Source of the DNA: Octopus vulgaris
Taxonomy: Eukaryota
Direction of reading: 5' to 3'
DNA length: 64,000 nucleotides
NCBI GenBank assembly: GCA_951406725.2
Contig: OX597816.1
Span: 4,898,001 to 4,962,000, forward strand
Of the stretch, positions 43,596 to 58,589 are shown one piece after another (the stretch's first letter is position 1; the number at the start of each line of letters is the position of its first letter). The position numbers and the translations under genes are program-made. The notes under the pieces were generated by a model. It searched no databases. It worked only from the letters and a program-made list of their open reading frames with translations, and was not told where the DNA came from.

Positions 43596-46260
43596 CTGCA
43601 ATTATATATTCATTAAGGCGTAAATCAATTTGAAATATTAAAGCAATTAACACAACACTTAATCAGAATTAAAATACTTTATTGTTTAAAGAAACCATAA
43701 AAGATTTGAAACAAATGTTAATTGCAGAAAAAGAAAATATCTAATTTCTGTAAGTTTTTGAAGTTGGTAAAATACCACAGAAAACTAATCAGCATTCGGT
43801 TATATTTGTAACGTAGTTACTCGTCACCAATTATTGCCATTATTTAAGACAATACTTGTTTACACTATAACTGTGTAGTAATAATGAAATATATAACATT
43901 CCACCGCAGTCAATTTTGCCTTTCATCCTTTCAGGATCGATAAACAAGGTACCAGTTTCGTACTGGGGTTGATCTAATTGATTGGCGCCCTTCCCCAAAA
44001 TTTCCAGCCTTGTGCCTAGAGCAGAAACGAATAAAACATATATATATTTCTTTACTACCCACAAGGGGCTAAACACAGAAGGGACAAACAAGGACAGACA
44101 AACGGATTAAGTCGATTATATCGACCCCAGTGCGTAACTGGTACTTAATTTATCGACCTCAAAAGGATGAAAGGCAAAGTCGACCTCGGCGGAATTTGAA
44201 CTCATAACGTAACGGTAGACGAAATACCGATTTCTTTACTACCCACAAGGGGCTAAACACAGAGAGGACAAACAAGGACAGACAAATGGATTGAGTCGAT
44301 TACATCGACCCCAGTGCGTAACTGGTACTTAATTTATCGACCCCGAAAGGATGAAAGGCAAAGTCGACCTCAGCGGAATTTGAACCCAGAACGTAACGGC
44401 AGACGAAATACGGCTATGTATTTCACCCGACGTGCTAACGATTCAGCCAGCTCGCTGCCTTAACGAATAAAACATAATGAAGCAGGGTAACAACAATGTA
44501 GCAATCGAACCAACAAATGATATTCCGACAAACTGCCAAAACAACACCCAACGGCTTCCTGCGATTAAAGCCTGTCTCTCACTCAGACAGCTACTATTTA
44601 TAGTCATTCGGTCAAGTCTATTCTTGCAGAGAGGGGTTGTGGTGACTCTTGTCACAACAGCTATGATGAGATGGTTTCCAGCTGATTTGATCAACAGAAC
44701 AGCCTGCTTTTGAAATTGACATTCAAGTCAGAGACCCATACTTATTTCTTTACTACTCACAAGGGGCTAAACACAGAGAGGACAAGCAAGGACAGACAAA
44801 CGGATTAAGTCGATTATATTGACCCCAGTGCATAACTGGTACTTATTTAATTGACCCTGAAAGGATGCAAGGCAAAGTCAACCTTGCCGGAATTTGAACT
44901 CAGAACGTAGCGGCAGACGAAATACTGCTAAGCATTTCACCCAGCGTGCTAACATTTCTGCCCTTAACATAGTTCCCAGGGAGATTCAGAGATGCCAAAG
45001 GTAACAAGGGTGACCCTTCTGAATTGCAGGTACAACTCATTTTTACTGGCTGAGTGGGGGGACAGGAGCAACATGAAATAAAGTGTCCCACTCAACGGCA
45101 CAATTCACCACCTAGAATTGAACTCGGGATCTTATGACTGTGAGCTGAATACACTACCCATTAAGCCATGCACCATTGCTACATCACACAACATTGTTGG
45201 CATTTAGAGAGAGACCAAGTCTAAGAGGAGGGAAGAACCAAGTCAAAAATAATCCAAATAGTTTTCTTTGATTTGTCCTTTTTTTTTTATCAGATTGGTC
45301 CAGAGGCAGGGATGAGCCCATCACCTCTATAGGACCTTTCACCCCAGCAATCTCTGCATTCATATTTTCTTTTCAGGCATTGTGAACCTGTGAAGGTGTA
45401 CAGCATAGGGGTGCGGATGTTGCACCCAAGATCACAAGTTCATCCCTTAGATTCTCAGACCAGGTGCTCTGTTGTGTTCTTCAACAAAACACAGGATTTC
45501 ATGTTGCTCCAGCTCAGTCCATTTAGCTGTAAAAGAGTAACCCTATGACTGGCTAGGGTCCCATTAAAAGGGAATGATGGGATCTCAGTCATTTATACTC
45601 TTTGGAAACCAGGTAACCAGCTCTGTGAGGAACCATTTAACCAATTAATTGATTGATTGTCTTATTAATTGTTCATTCAGATCTGGAGCAGAGAGGGCAT
45701 GTCATTAACGAGCTTGCGAATGGCAATGAAAGAATTTTGACAAACCAGCTGGTTGATTGATTCACTGAGTAATTAATCAGACAAGCCATTAGTTATTTAA
45801 TTAAATACTCAACCAATTAACTAATAATACTCCTTCCTTCTATATGCACGAGTCCTGAAATTTTGAGGAAGGAGACATGTTGATAACATCGACCCCATTA
45901 CTCAACTGGTACTTAATTTATCGACTCCGAAAGGATGAAAGGCAAAGTCGACCTCAGCAGAATTTGAACTCAGGACAAAAAGACAGATGAAATTCCACAA
46001 AGCATTTAGTTTGGTGCAGGAATGTTTCTTCCTTTAGTGAACAAATAGGTTTCAAATGTTGGTACAAGGCCAGCAATGTTGGTGGGAGAGGCAAGTTGGT
46101 CACATCGACCCCCAGCGCTTGACTGGTTCTTATTTTATCAACCCTGAAAAGATGAAAGGCAAACTCGACCTTGGCAGCATTTGAACTCAGATCATCAAGA
46201 CACATAAAATACCACAAAGCATTTTGTCCAGCATGCTAAGGTTACTGCCAGCTCACCACC

Positions 46261-46298
<38 letters not shown>

Positions 46299-46994
46299 CC
46301 TTTCAACTCTAGGCACAAGGCCTGAAATTTGTGGGGAGAGGCTAAGTCAATTAGATCAACCCCAGTATGCAACTGGTACTTAATTTATCAACCCCGAAAG
46401 GATGAAAGGCAAAGTTGACCTCAGCAGAATTTTGAACTCAGAATGTAAAGACACAAAATACCTATTTCATTACTACCAACAAGGGGCTAAACACAGAGAG
46501 GATAAACAAGTACAGACAAACGGATTAAGTCGATTATATCGACCCCAGTGCGTAACTGGTACTTATTTAATTGACCCTGAAAGGATGAAAGGCAAAGTCG
46601 ACCTCGGCAGAATTTGAACTCAGAACGTAGCGGCAGTCGAAATACCAGTAATCATTTTGCCAGGCGTTCTAACATTTCTGCCAGCTCACTGCCTTAAACA
46701 ATATTATTTACTTATAGTACAACGTTCGCTAACCTAAGCCCTTCACCATCTTAATAATAATAATAATAAAAATAATGATAATAATAATAATCCTTTCTAC
46801 AGTAGGCACAAGGGCTGAAATTTTAGGGGAGGGGGCTAGTCAATGACGTAGATCCCAGTGCATGACTGGTATTTATTTCATTGACCCTGAAAGGATGAAA
46901 AGCAAAGTTGACATCAGCAGGATTTGAACTCAGACATAAGGACGAATGAAATCTCACTAAATATTTTGCCCAGCATGCGAACGATTCTGCCAGC

Positions 46995-47285
46995 TTTCTT
47001 CACTCCTGCTCCAGAGCGTCGGCTGCGGGGTCACTCCAAAAAGCTCTATCTGCGACGATTTCATCTCAATCGAAGGAGAGGGGCTTTCTCCATCCGGGTT
47101 GCGGATCCGTGGAATAAGCTGCCGGACGAGATAGTGAAGATGCCGACGACCGCTCGGTTCAAAGTCTCCCTTGACCACAAATGGCCTGAACTCTTTGTAT
47201 GAACATCACCCTGTACATAACTCCATGTCCCACTACATGGCCTTGCTTTTTGCTTTTTGAGCCAAAAAATTAACTTAACTTAACC
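46995..47285 (+). mobile_element. 5'-truncated CR1-like LINE 3' end
   Basis: RLRGHSKKL...RRGAFSIRVADPWNKLPDEIV...FKVSLD followed by a (TTAAC)n-like tail. Confidence 0.88.
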
Positions 47286-48666
47286 ATTTTCAATGGACTT
47301 ATAATGATAAAAGTGAAACATCACCCTGTACATATGTTTATTATTGGCATAATCATAATTGTGGCTGATACCAGTGCTGTCTGAGTGGAACCTGTGCATG
47401 TGGCACATAAAACGTACCCTTCAAACAATGGGCCTCATGGGGGCAGTGACAGGTGACCAAGACCTTTGACGATATACCATGCTTGTGCAGACCTTTGAAG
47501 TCAGGTGAGACCATAGTCATAGCCAGTGCTAGTGCCAGGTCACCCATGCTGGTGGCACATAAAAAAAAAAACACCCACTACACTCTCAGAGTGGCTGGTA
47601 TTCGGAAGAAATATTGCAGAAACATTAACACGCCGGGTGAAATGCTTAGCGGTATTTTGTCTGTCTTTACATTCTGAGTTCAAATTCAACTTTGCCAATC
47701 ATCCGTTCAGGGTTGATTAAATAAGTACCGGTTACGCATTGGGGTCGATATAATTGACTTAATCTGTTTGTCTGTCCTTGTTTGTCCCCTCTGTGTTTAG
47801 CCCCTTGTGGGTAGTAAAGAAATACGTATTTCGTCTGCCGCTACGTTCTGAGCTCAAATTCTGCCAAGGTCGACTTTGCCTTTCATCCTTTCGGGGTTGA
47901 ATAAATAAGTGCCAGTTATACACTGGGGTCGATATAATCAACTTAATCTGTTTGTCTGTCCTTGTTTGTCCCCTCTGTGCTTAGCCCCTTGTGGGTAGTA
48001 AAGAAATAGGTATTTCGTCTGTCTTTACATTCTGAGTTCAAATTCCGCCGAAGTCAACTTTGCCTTTCATTCTTTCGGGGTCGATTAAATAAGTACCAGT
48101 TACGCACTGGGGTCGATATAATCGACTTAATCCGTTTGTCTGTCCTTGTTTGTCCTCACTATGTTTAGCCCCTTGTGGGTAGTAAAGAAATAAGAAACAT
48201 TGCCAGATCAGACTGGAACCTGGTGCAGCTCTCCAGCTTACCAGTTTTCGGTCAAACCACTCAACCCATGCCAGAATGGAAAACAGACATTAACTGATGA
48301 TGATGATGATGATGATTATGATGACTCTCTTGCGACACAACAATATTTTCAAAATCTACAATTACTTTAATTAAGAATTAGAAAGACTGAACGACAGTTA
48401 TAAAAAGTTAATTATTTTTTTAAAACTTTGGCTAAAATGTAGAATTATTAATACCAAACGTCTGTTGCTTTGAATAAATAATTCAGAATTTTGGGACGTA
48501 ATTTAAGTAACAAATCATAAATCATAAAAAATAATTAATAGTGACAGAAACAGTATCAACAGCAAAATGTAGTCTTGGTGTTCAGCTTTACATGGAGGTT
48601 GTGCTAGGTCTCAGAATACTCTGTTATTTATTTACCATGTTAGAATCTCTCGTAAGGACACCATTT

Positions 48667-48918
48667 ACCCGTTTACCCCTGGGCGGTTTCACGGTCTCTT
48701 GAACTCTCTCTCTAAAGTTCTTTTCAACTTTCCCTCGCGGTACTTGTCGGCTATCGGACTCATCCCCGTATTTAGCCTTGGATGGAGCTTACCACCCGCT
48801 TTGGGCTGCGTTCTCAAGCAACCCGACTCTTGGGCCGATGAACACCGCCGATCGCCGCCGGCTCCAAATGGGCCTGGCACCCGCTCTGGGCAGCCCCGAT
48901 CGAGGGGACTCCGAAGCA
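48667..48918 (-). pseudogene. Isolated 28S rRNA fragment (5' D1 to D2 boundary region)
   Basis: Reverse complement contains the conserved LSU tract GAGTCGGGTTGCTTGAGAACGCAGCCCAAAGCGGGTGGTAAGCTCCATCCAAGGCTAAATAC...ACAAGTACCGCGAGGGAAAGTTGAAAAGAACTTTAGAGAGAGAGTTCAAGAGACCGTGAAACCG. About 250 bp, GC-rich, no flanking rDNA. Confidence 0.93.
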
Positions 48919-49129
48919 CTTGAAATTATATCATTGGCAGACAAGGATCATTGGTCAACAATATAATTTTGAATGCTTTTATGCACAATAAGTCCTTATG
49001 AGAGGTTCTGTCGGGCTAAATAATACAGTATCTTCCTGTTCTAACACAACCTCCACTTTCAGCTGAAAATCAAGATTACCTTAAATTATTTTTTCTATTT
49101 CAATAAAAAGTTAAATCAGGTCTACCTAC

Positions 49130-49413
49130 CTGGACAGGGTTCCATCTATGAGTAATCTCAACCACCACAACTCTACTTTGTCTCGGTTGGCTTATGTAGA
49201 TGTACTTATTTTTGATGTTCACAGCTGAGCCCCAGCTGCACGGCTTGTTTTCTTCGCATAAGGACGGTGGAGCATCAAGGTTTTCAGGGATGAACTTGAA
49301 ATTGCCATAATCCTTTCCAACATCTCTGCGGATGACACAGTCATTTGGCTCGTAGACAATGTAGCCCTCTTCGTGGAATACCAAGAACGACTGATGGTAA
49401 CTGCTTGTTGTTA
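49130..49413 (-). CDS. FSTL5: FSTL4/5-like exon A (first exon found in the window; phase 1 to 0)
   Basis: Translates TTSSYHQSFLVFHEEGYIVYEPNDCVIRR...CEENKPCSWGSAVNIKNKYIYISQPRQSRVVVVEITHRWNPVQ, resembling vertebrate FSTL4/5 '[22 protein letters not shown]...[29 protein letters not shown]' (recalled). Acceptor cttccAG, donor GTaggt; 284 nt. Confidence 0.88.
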
Positions 49414-49581
49414 CTGGAAGATCAAAGACAATTGAAGAAGACAAATAAATAAACTGAAAAAACTGGAATTTAGAAAGTTTCCATCATTTAGGATCGAAAA
49501 TGAAGCTCAGACGCTATTAGATATCATTGTATCAACCAGAGATAAGAGACATGGTTCTTCATGAGACAGGTAACCTAGCCT

Positions 49582-49653
<72 letters not shown>

Positions 49654-50049
49654 TCTTTTACTTGTTTCAGTCATTTGACTGCTGGCCATGCTGGAGCACC
49701 ACCTTAAATCGAGCAACTCGACCCCGGAACTTATTCTTTGTAAGCCCTGTACTTATTCTATCGGTCTCTTTTACCAAATCACTAAGTGACGGGGACATAA
49801 ACACACCAGCATCGGTTGTCAAGCAATGCTAGGGGGGACAAACACAGACACACAAACAAACGCACACACATATATATATACATATATATGACGGACTTCT
49901 TTCAGTTTCCATCCACCAAATCCACTCACAACGCTTTGGTCGGCCCGAGGCTATAGTAGAAGATGCTTGCCCAAGGTGCCATGCAGTGGGACTGAACCTG
50001 GAACTATGTGGTTGGTTAGCAAGCTACTTACCACACAGCCACTCCTCCA

Positions 50050-50181
<132 letters not shown>

Positions 50182-51249
50182 GTATATATATATATATAAA
50201 TGGAGAAATTGTACAAAATTTATAAATGGATGACCAGTAAAGCACTGACACAGTTTCAATTACCTGTTGTTATCCACAGATTTACTGCATGTATTTATGT
50301 ATATATATGTACGTTGACTACTGATAATTTCTTTTAAAGATTTTATCCTCAATTGTTAATTTATATTTTTCACCGGAATAGTTCAATACTGAATTTTTAT
50401 TCCGACTAGGCAATTTGTTATCGAAATGCATTGCGAAAAAAGCCCGCCATTTTCATAGATATGTAAGGATAAACATTCGTACATGCTACAACGAATTCAA
50501 CGGTTGGCTATCGAGTTTGTAATGTTATGTTTTTTCTTATATTTCTTGAGTTTGTTGCACTGACGAACATGAAATGCATATTCTGCATTAAATGCGAAAT
50601 CACATGTGATATGTAACTGAATTCTTTTTTAAAATGATGTTTTTGAAGTTTTGCATTCGGTAAAATTTTGTTTATTTTTAGTAGTTTTGACCGCATTGGT
50701 CCCTCTTAGCGTGTTGGTATCTATGAATAGTAGTACCCTCAATATAATATAATATATATGTATGTATATATATGTAATGGTATTTTTATTTAAACTTAAT
50801 GCTTACGGCAATCAGCATGCAATGACTAAGGAAAATAGTCTAAATAAAGAGGCATGAGAGAGAGAGAGAGAAAGAGAGAGAGAGATGTGCATACATATAC
50901 ATATGCATATATATATATATATATATATATACATACATACAGACACATATACATATTAGCTCATCTTTGTTGACAATGACCGAGGACATGACATGAGGGT
51001 AGAAGATGGGGCACAATGTGTCCGGCTGGGGCCAAACAGACTGATGCATGATTGCAAGGCTCTGCCACAGGTGGAGCACCGGTGGTCTGCTGGCCCCGAA
51101 AGCAAGGAGCTGACTCTGGACTTGCGTAATCAATATTTTGTTTGTGTCCTTGCAATCCTGTTCTGTTTGCGAGTATACACACACACACACACATATATAT
51201 ATATATTTACACACATGCACACACACACATATATATATTTACACACATG

Positions 51250-51285
<36 letters not shown>

Positions 51286-51682
51286 CTAGCAGTATCGCCC
51301 GGCGTTGCTTGGGTTTGTAAGGGAAATAACTATATAAGCATTTTTAGATATGTAAAGTATAATAGCCATCACAATATGGCTAACCACAAAGGGGGGTGTT
51401 ACTGTAGCTTTTTACGTTCTGAGATTTAATAATAAATTTTTAGAGAGTTACTTCCCTTATATAATAGCAAAAAAATGCATTAAAATGGAAAAAAATTATG
51501 GTAAATTTTTTTTTAAATCGTAGACTCATCGTAGACACGCGCTAATACCCAGAAGGGTTCGATATGAATCACGACTATAAGATACCCGGTTTTGGTTAAA
51601 CTGCATCGCAAAATGTGGGAGTAGTTAGGAATCTAAATCGTAGGAGACAGACAGCACACAACCTCACTTTTATATATAAAGA
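51286..51682 (-). mobile_element. Non-autonomous Helitron
   Basis: Minus strand begins A|TCTTTATATATAAAAG and ends CCCAAGCAACGCCGGG (hairpin) CGATACTG CTAG|T. Confidence 0.82.
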
Positions 51683-52793
51683 TATCTACACACATGCACA
51701 CACATATCCATATAAACACACTATATATATATATTTATGTGTTGTGTTGTGTGTGCTTGTGTGTGTGTTGTGTGTTGAGTCAACCTTTTCTCTATCTTCT
51801 CTTAACAGTTCACTATTACTTCACATTATTATTTCTTTTCTGCTTCACTAATAATATTGAATGTAATTTGCACAGCTGGAATATATCAGGCCAAGCATCT
51901 CACTAAGCTTGCATTTTCTGCTGCAAATACTGAAGAAGTGAACCAATCATATTATACCAAATGGCCTTAGGTAATAAGAACACATGATTAACTGAAACAC
52001 GTGTACGTTTTATAATGCTGAAATTACCAATTACATTTTCCATGTTTATTATTACTATAGGTATGTGTCTGTGTACATGTGTGTATGTATGTGTGTGTCT
52101 AAATAATATATTGTAGTAATTGATACACCAATGCTGTCAACTGCCTGGCGTGACTACTAAAGATTTACTAATGAGAGTTACACAGTACCAAGTCATCAAA
52201 GAATAATACCAGTAATATCTTTGTGGTATGATTCAGCTTTCATCTCAGTAGTGCAACTGAATCTGCACGATTTACTTGAATATTTCATGGGAATTTCTAC
52301 CAACCGACAACATTTAAAGTAGATTTGAAAAACAGAAAAAACATTAAAAGCATGGATTTTTCAAAATAAAAGTAATTCCAGTCATTTGATGTTACCATTT
52401 TAGGAAATTAGAGCAATGTTAATGAGATGGATTTAAAGTGCCAATTCTTGTTCTGGGTGATGTGCTAAAGTTAACAACCAAATTCCACCATGTTTTGAAT
52501 CTTTCATTTAAGTAGATTACAAGATAACGACAGGTTTTGCTTTTGGAAAACTTGTTATTTTGAAAGCATAACGAATCTAAGGTATGTAATTATTATGCCT
52601 CCACATGATGCTAAGTGCATGAGCATATGTTCATGGCGAATGTCAGTATGTATGCAGGTACATATGTCTTTACTTGCTCCAGGCTATGGCCATGCTGGAG
52701 CACTGCCTTAAAGTGTTTCATATTAACCACAGTACTTACTTTCTAAAGTAGGCTTTGTAGCTACTCTCACTTTAGTGACTCTAGCAATATCTG

Positions 52794-52876
<83 letters not shown>

Positions 52877-52922
52877 ATCTACCTACCTCTCTATCTGTCT
52901 ATCTATCTATCTATCTATCTCA

Positions 52923-52974
<52 letters not shown>

Positions 52975-52986
52975 CTATCTATAGAT

Positions 52987-53042
<56 letters not shown>

Positions 53043-55150
53043 GCAGGAGTGGCTGTATGGTACAAAGCTTGCTTCCCAACTGCATGGTTCTGGGTTCAGT
53101 CCCACTCTGTGGCACATTGAACAAGTGCCTTCTACTATAGCTTCAGGCCGCCCAAAAAGTTTGTGAGTGGAATTGGTAGATGGAAACTGAAAGAAGCCTA
53201 TTGTATATATATAAATATGTGTGTGTGTGTGTGTGTGTATTTGTGTGTATGTTTGTGCCTGTCCCCCACAATGTTGCTTGGCCACTGATGTTGGTGTGTT
53301 TATGTACCTGTAACTTAACAGTTTGGCAAAAGAGACTGATAGAATAAGAACTAGGCTTACAAAGAATAAGTCCTGGGTTTGATCTGTTTGACTAAAGGTG
53401 GTGCTCCAGCATGGCCAGCATATCCTACTAAATTAAAGTCATTCATTACAGAAGGCCATATGTTTCATTCCAGCTGGAAGGTGTAAGGTATATGGGTCCG
53501 TTAACAGAATCAACCATTAGAAAAAGGGGGACCCATTTGAGAAAGTGGGCATTCTAACAAATGAAAGGCAAGTATCAAGCGAAGAGGAGCAGTTGTGAGA
53601 AAGGTGAGATGGGGATCACAAACAGAAGGAATGGGCTGTGAAGATTATGGTTAGTTACAAGGACATAGAATTTAATGAGTAGTTTGGGAGAAGGAAAAAT
53701 TTTACATATTAGTAAAAAATTATTAACTAATTAAAAAGCATTTATAATTATAGATTTAAATATCAAGCAATATAAAAAAGGCCACCACTTGTGAATGTGT
53801 ATGACTGGGTAGCTTGTGCCACACTCTTTCTAATCGATTTAAGTACATGTGAAGACATGATCAGACAGACACTGATTCAGCTCTCCCCCGTTAAGTATTA
53901 AGGGTGTGGCAACTGGAAGGATCCAGAGGTCAGCACCAGTAGTCAGACTGAAGCAGCATGAAATGAATTACTTTGCCCAAAAACATAATGTGCTAGTTGG
54001 TCCAGGAACCAAAACCTAACACCTTCATAGTCATGAGACCCACACCATGTATCTTTATACATTAATCAATAGTCATTCAAATGAAGGGTCCACATTTGGA
54101 AAAGCAAAGGGGACAAAAATAATATTTGATCCCCTCCAGGTCAGCTCCTGATCACAAACTTTTCCATCAATACTCTAATCACCAACTTCCATTCCTCGTT
54201 AAAACACCTATTTTATCAAACAGGTGTTTCCCATTGATCAGCCCAAGCTGCAGCTTCAGGTTTTACACATCTATTGGTATGAGGGGTAATTCAAATATCA
54301 CACACAAGGATTAGATATGCCAACAGAATAGATATATACCCTCCCTATCCACACACATGTTGACAGAGTGGCTAACTGGCTTCCGTGCCAGTGGCACATA
54401 AAAGGCACCATTTGAGTGTGTTCCTTACCAGCGTCACCTTACTGGCACTTTGCCCAAGCTAGTAGGGTGCTAAGAGCACCATCCGAGCGTGATTGTTGCC
54501 AGAGCAGCTAACTGGCTTCCGTGCCGGTGGCACATAAAAGGCACCAGTCGAGTGTGATTGTTACTAGCGTCACCTTACTAGCACCTGTGCCAGTGGCACA
54601 TAAAAAGCACCCACTACACTCTCAGAGTGGTTGACGTTAGGCAGGGCATCCAGCTGTAGAAACTCTGCCAGATCAAGATTGGAGCCTGGTGCAGCCATCT
54701 AGTTTCTATTAACCATAGTACTCAGTCAAAATCGTCCAACCCATGCTAGCATGGAAAGCAGACGTTAAACGATGATGATGATGATGATGATGATATATAC
54801 ATACATTTGTATATGTATGTGCTTGTATGTGTGTCTCTGTGTATACATCTACACATACACATACATAAGTACATATACTTACTTATACATACATGTGTAT
54901 ATATAAATAGATATGTAGATAGATACAAATATCACTTTCTTCCCATTAAAATGTTTGCTAAGGGGTTTATAACCCAAAATATCAGGACAAATTCAACATT
55001 ATATAAATTAGAAGTTCTATCTAGTTTGATATCACTTTTTATACCATGCTGATAACATTCACGCACACACACACACATATGATAAACATAGATGATATAT
55101 GAAAAGTGTGCATGTGGATGTGTGCGTGCATCGGGATTTGTTCATGCCCA

Positions 55151-55194
<44 letters not shown>

Positions 55195-56214
55195 TTAGCT
55201 TAGACTTTGGCGGCGGGGGGGGGGGAGGCAACCAGATCGAACCAACTCAAGTGTAACTGCCTGAAATGGTTGTGATTTCTGGAACTTGATTGAGGAAAGA
55301 AAGCCACGAATGTCCTGTCTTTTTTTTGTCTGTCCTTCTAATTGTTTCTCTTGTCCACCTTTGTATCATCTATCTGTCCAAATGTATATGTATATATATA
55401 TATATATGTAGGTAGGAGGCTCTGAAATGGGTCTCAGGGTGTAGTGTCCCTGCTTTCCTAAGCTAGTTTTCCACCACATTTCTTAAAATTCATGGTAGAG
55501 GCCTTGGTCTCGGGACCACTCATGTCTAGAAACTGAAGGTTGGGGTTAAGCAAGGGCATGCTCCCCCTAGAAAATCCAGCTCCAAAAGAAGCCTTACGAT
55601 AGCAAAGGAGAACGGGCACCAGTCAGCCAGCCAGCCAAAAGGTTCCAGTGGGCTGCACCTGCCTGCCTCAGTTACTATGGCATTGAGGTAGATCCAACCC
55701 CCCCCTGTTAATGGAAACAAAACCCAAATTTAAAACACTGGACGATGATGATGATGATATAGTTATGTTTTTGCACAGTTTATATCGCCAAGTCATAACC
55801 GTATTACGAATCGAGTAATTAATTATTCTAGTCTTTATCAATTACCTGTTCTATTTTTTTATTGAGCTGCTCCTGTCCCCAGAGGCTTTCTCTCCTGCTC
55901 TGTGACTTCTCTTTTTCTCTTTTGCTGTTGCCAATTTATTAATTACCAAAAGTATACATGTCTGTCTCTGATACAACAATCATTATTTCAATATAAGACA
56001 TCCGACTTAATTACACTCATTTGAAACACACACACACATATGCATATATATTATAATACAATATGTAATTAAAAAAAGTTAATATAAATTTGTTTTATCT
56101 CTTCTTGGTTCCACTCTAACTACTATCATACTCTCTTCTATGTGTATAGCTATGCAGTATCTTTGCGGCAAGATATCTGCTCTGGCCCCTTCTTTCATAA
56201 TTTAAGCCCACATC

Positions 56215-56820
56215 TTATTTCTTTACTGCCCTCAAGGGACTATACATGGAGAGATCAAACAAGGACAGACAAACGGATTGAGTCAATTATGTCGACCCCA
56301 GTGCGTAACTGGTACTTAATTTATCAACCCCGAAAGGATGAAAGACAAAGTCGACTTTGGCGGAATATGAACTCAAAATGTAATGGCAGACGAAATACCT
56401 ATTTCTATTTCTTTACTACCCACAAGGGGCTAAACACAGAGGGGACAAACAAGGACAGACAAATGAATTAAGTCGATTATATCGACCCCAATGCGTAACT
56501 GGTACTTAATTTATCGACCCCGAAAGGATGAAAGACAAAGTCGACTTTGGCGGAATATGAACTCAAAATGTAATGGCAGACGAAATACCTATTTCTATTT
56601 CTTTACTACCCACAAGGGGCTAAACACATAGGGGACAAACAAGGACAGACAAATGGATTAAGTCGATTATATCGACCCCAGTGCGTAATTTATCGACCCC
56701 CGAAAGGATGAAAGGCAAAGTCGACCGCTGCAGAATTTGAACTCAGAACGTAATGGCAGACAAAATAACGCTAAGCATTTCGCCCGGCGTGCTAACGTTT
56801 CTGCCAACTCGCCGCCTTAG
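56215..56820 (-). repeat. Tandem array of the SINE-B body (about 190-bp unit, 3 units)
   Basis: Repeated TTTCTTTACTACCCACAAGGGGCTAAACAC...ATGAAAGACAAAGTCGAC...GACGAAATAC units. Similar arrays at 44045-44460 (minus) and 47615-48190 (plus). Confidence 0.88.
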
Positions 56821-57059
56821 ACCCACATCTTCTGCCATAAAGACACACTATCTTGAAGCTTGTAGTTTTGTAAGTTCAATGGCAACCTCACTGGTATTGG
56901 CGGCACAAAGGCACGCAGCACATGCTCAAAAGGGGTTGGTGTTAGGGAGGGCATCGAGCCATTGAGACCATGCCAAAGCAGACAGGGGAGCAGAGGACAG
57001 TCCTTGGGCCCATCAGAGACTGTCTAATTGCCAGCAAAGGAAAGATACTGGATGATGTG

Positions 57060-57329
57060 ATGACGGTGCTGCTGCTGCTGATGATGATGGTGGTGATGAT
57101 GATGATGATGACGTCAATGATGATGATGAGGATGATGATGACAACGATAACGACAGTGTTGGTGATGATGATGATGATCATGACAGTGATGACAATGATG
57201 ATAATGATATTTATGATGAAGATGATGATGATAGCAGTGATGATGGTGATGACAACGACGACAATGATAATGATAATGAAGACAATGATGATGAAGACAA
57301 TGATGTTAATGATGATGATGATGATGACA

Positions 57330-57378
<49 letters not shown>

Positions 57379-57404
57379 CAATGATGATGATGATGATGAT
57401 GACA

Positions 57405-57462
<58 letters not shown>

Positions 57463-57520
57463 CAATGATGATGATGATGATGATGACAATGATGATGATG
57501 ATGATGATGATGATGATGCC

Positions 57521-57570
<50 letters not shown>

Positions 57571-57596
57571 CAATGATGATGATGATGATGATGACA

Positions 57597-57630
<34 letters not shown>

Positions 57631-57650
57631 CAATGATGATGATGATGATG
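57060..57650. repeat. (GAT)n microsatellite with GACAAT interruptions
   Basis: Directly visible; source of the poly-M/I/S/H pseudo-ORFs. A similar degenerate tract lies at 42720-43280. Confidence 0.97.
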
Positions 57651-58589
57651 TCCAAATCTCCTGTGAGGTGGACATGTTTTATGTTCATGAAATTTTATAC
57701 GACCACAATGATGATTAAAAGCACCATCCGTTCGTGGCCGTTTGCCAGCTCTGTCTGGCACCTGTGCAGGTGGCACGTAAAAAACACCCACTACACTCGC
57801 GGAGTGGTTGGCGTTAGGAAGGGCATCCAGCCGTAGGAACACTGCCAGATCTGACTGGGCCTGACGAAGCCTCCCAGCTTCACAGACCCCAGTTGACCCG
57901 TCCAACCCATGCTAGCATGGAAAGCGGACGCTAAATGATGATGATGACACACACAGAGATTCTTTTATTCTTTTACTTGTTTCAGTCATTTGACTGCGGC
58001 CATGCTGGAGCATATTCATATGTCTTCTGTAGTCGTCCTTGAATGATGTAGTTTAATTCCATCAACGGTTACGGGTGACTACTGTGGTATGTGGCTGATT
58101 CTATTCTAACAAGCTTCGAAGAATGAACAGCAAAGTTGCCTTACGTACGTACAGACATACATACAGACAAACAGACAGACACCTGCTAATTAATCATTGC
58201 CACACAAGATCAATCGATTTCCACAAAATACTTCTGAAATACTTATGGAATGTAAGAAGCACCGAAGCAGCTGAAAGAAGGAGTGTTTCAAATATGAAGT
58301 GTTTTCTTGAGGTTGATAGTGCTTTCCACATGAAAGTTTAATGAAGCTTTTATGTAAATAATTATAAGAATTTCAAAAAACGAAATAATAATCGATGGTT
58401 TATTAATTCTTTGAAATTGTTAAAATTTCAAAAACCTGCCAGTTTCTAAAATGAACTCTGTGACTTTTTAAGAAACTTAAAAATATGGATTTAAGAGGTT
58501 TAACCGTAACAGAAGGAATAAAGCATTGGCCCCCTTTTGGTTAACAGCTCTAGAAACTAAGTACCCAAAATGGTCGTTTGGGTCTGAGA

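Noticed and set aside
48689-48966. ORFs over the GC-rich island, or a functional rRNA gene
   Set aside because: Spurious translations of a 250-bp 28S fragment; no remainder of an rDNA unit.
50960-51130. GC-richer segment as a candidate upstream FSTL Ig-domain exon
   Set aside because: No Ig or FSTL motifs in the minus-strand translations and no convincing splice-site pair.
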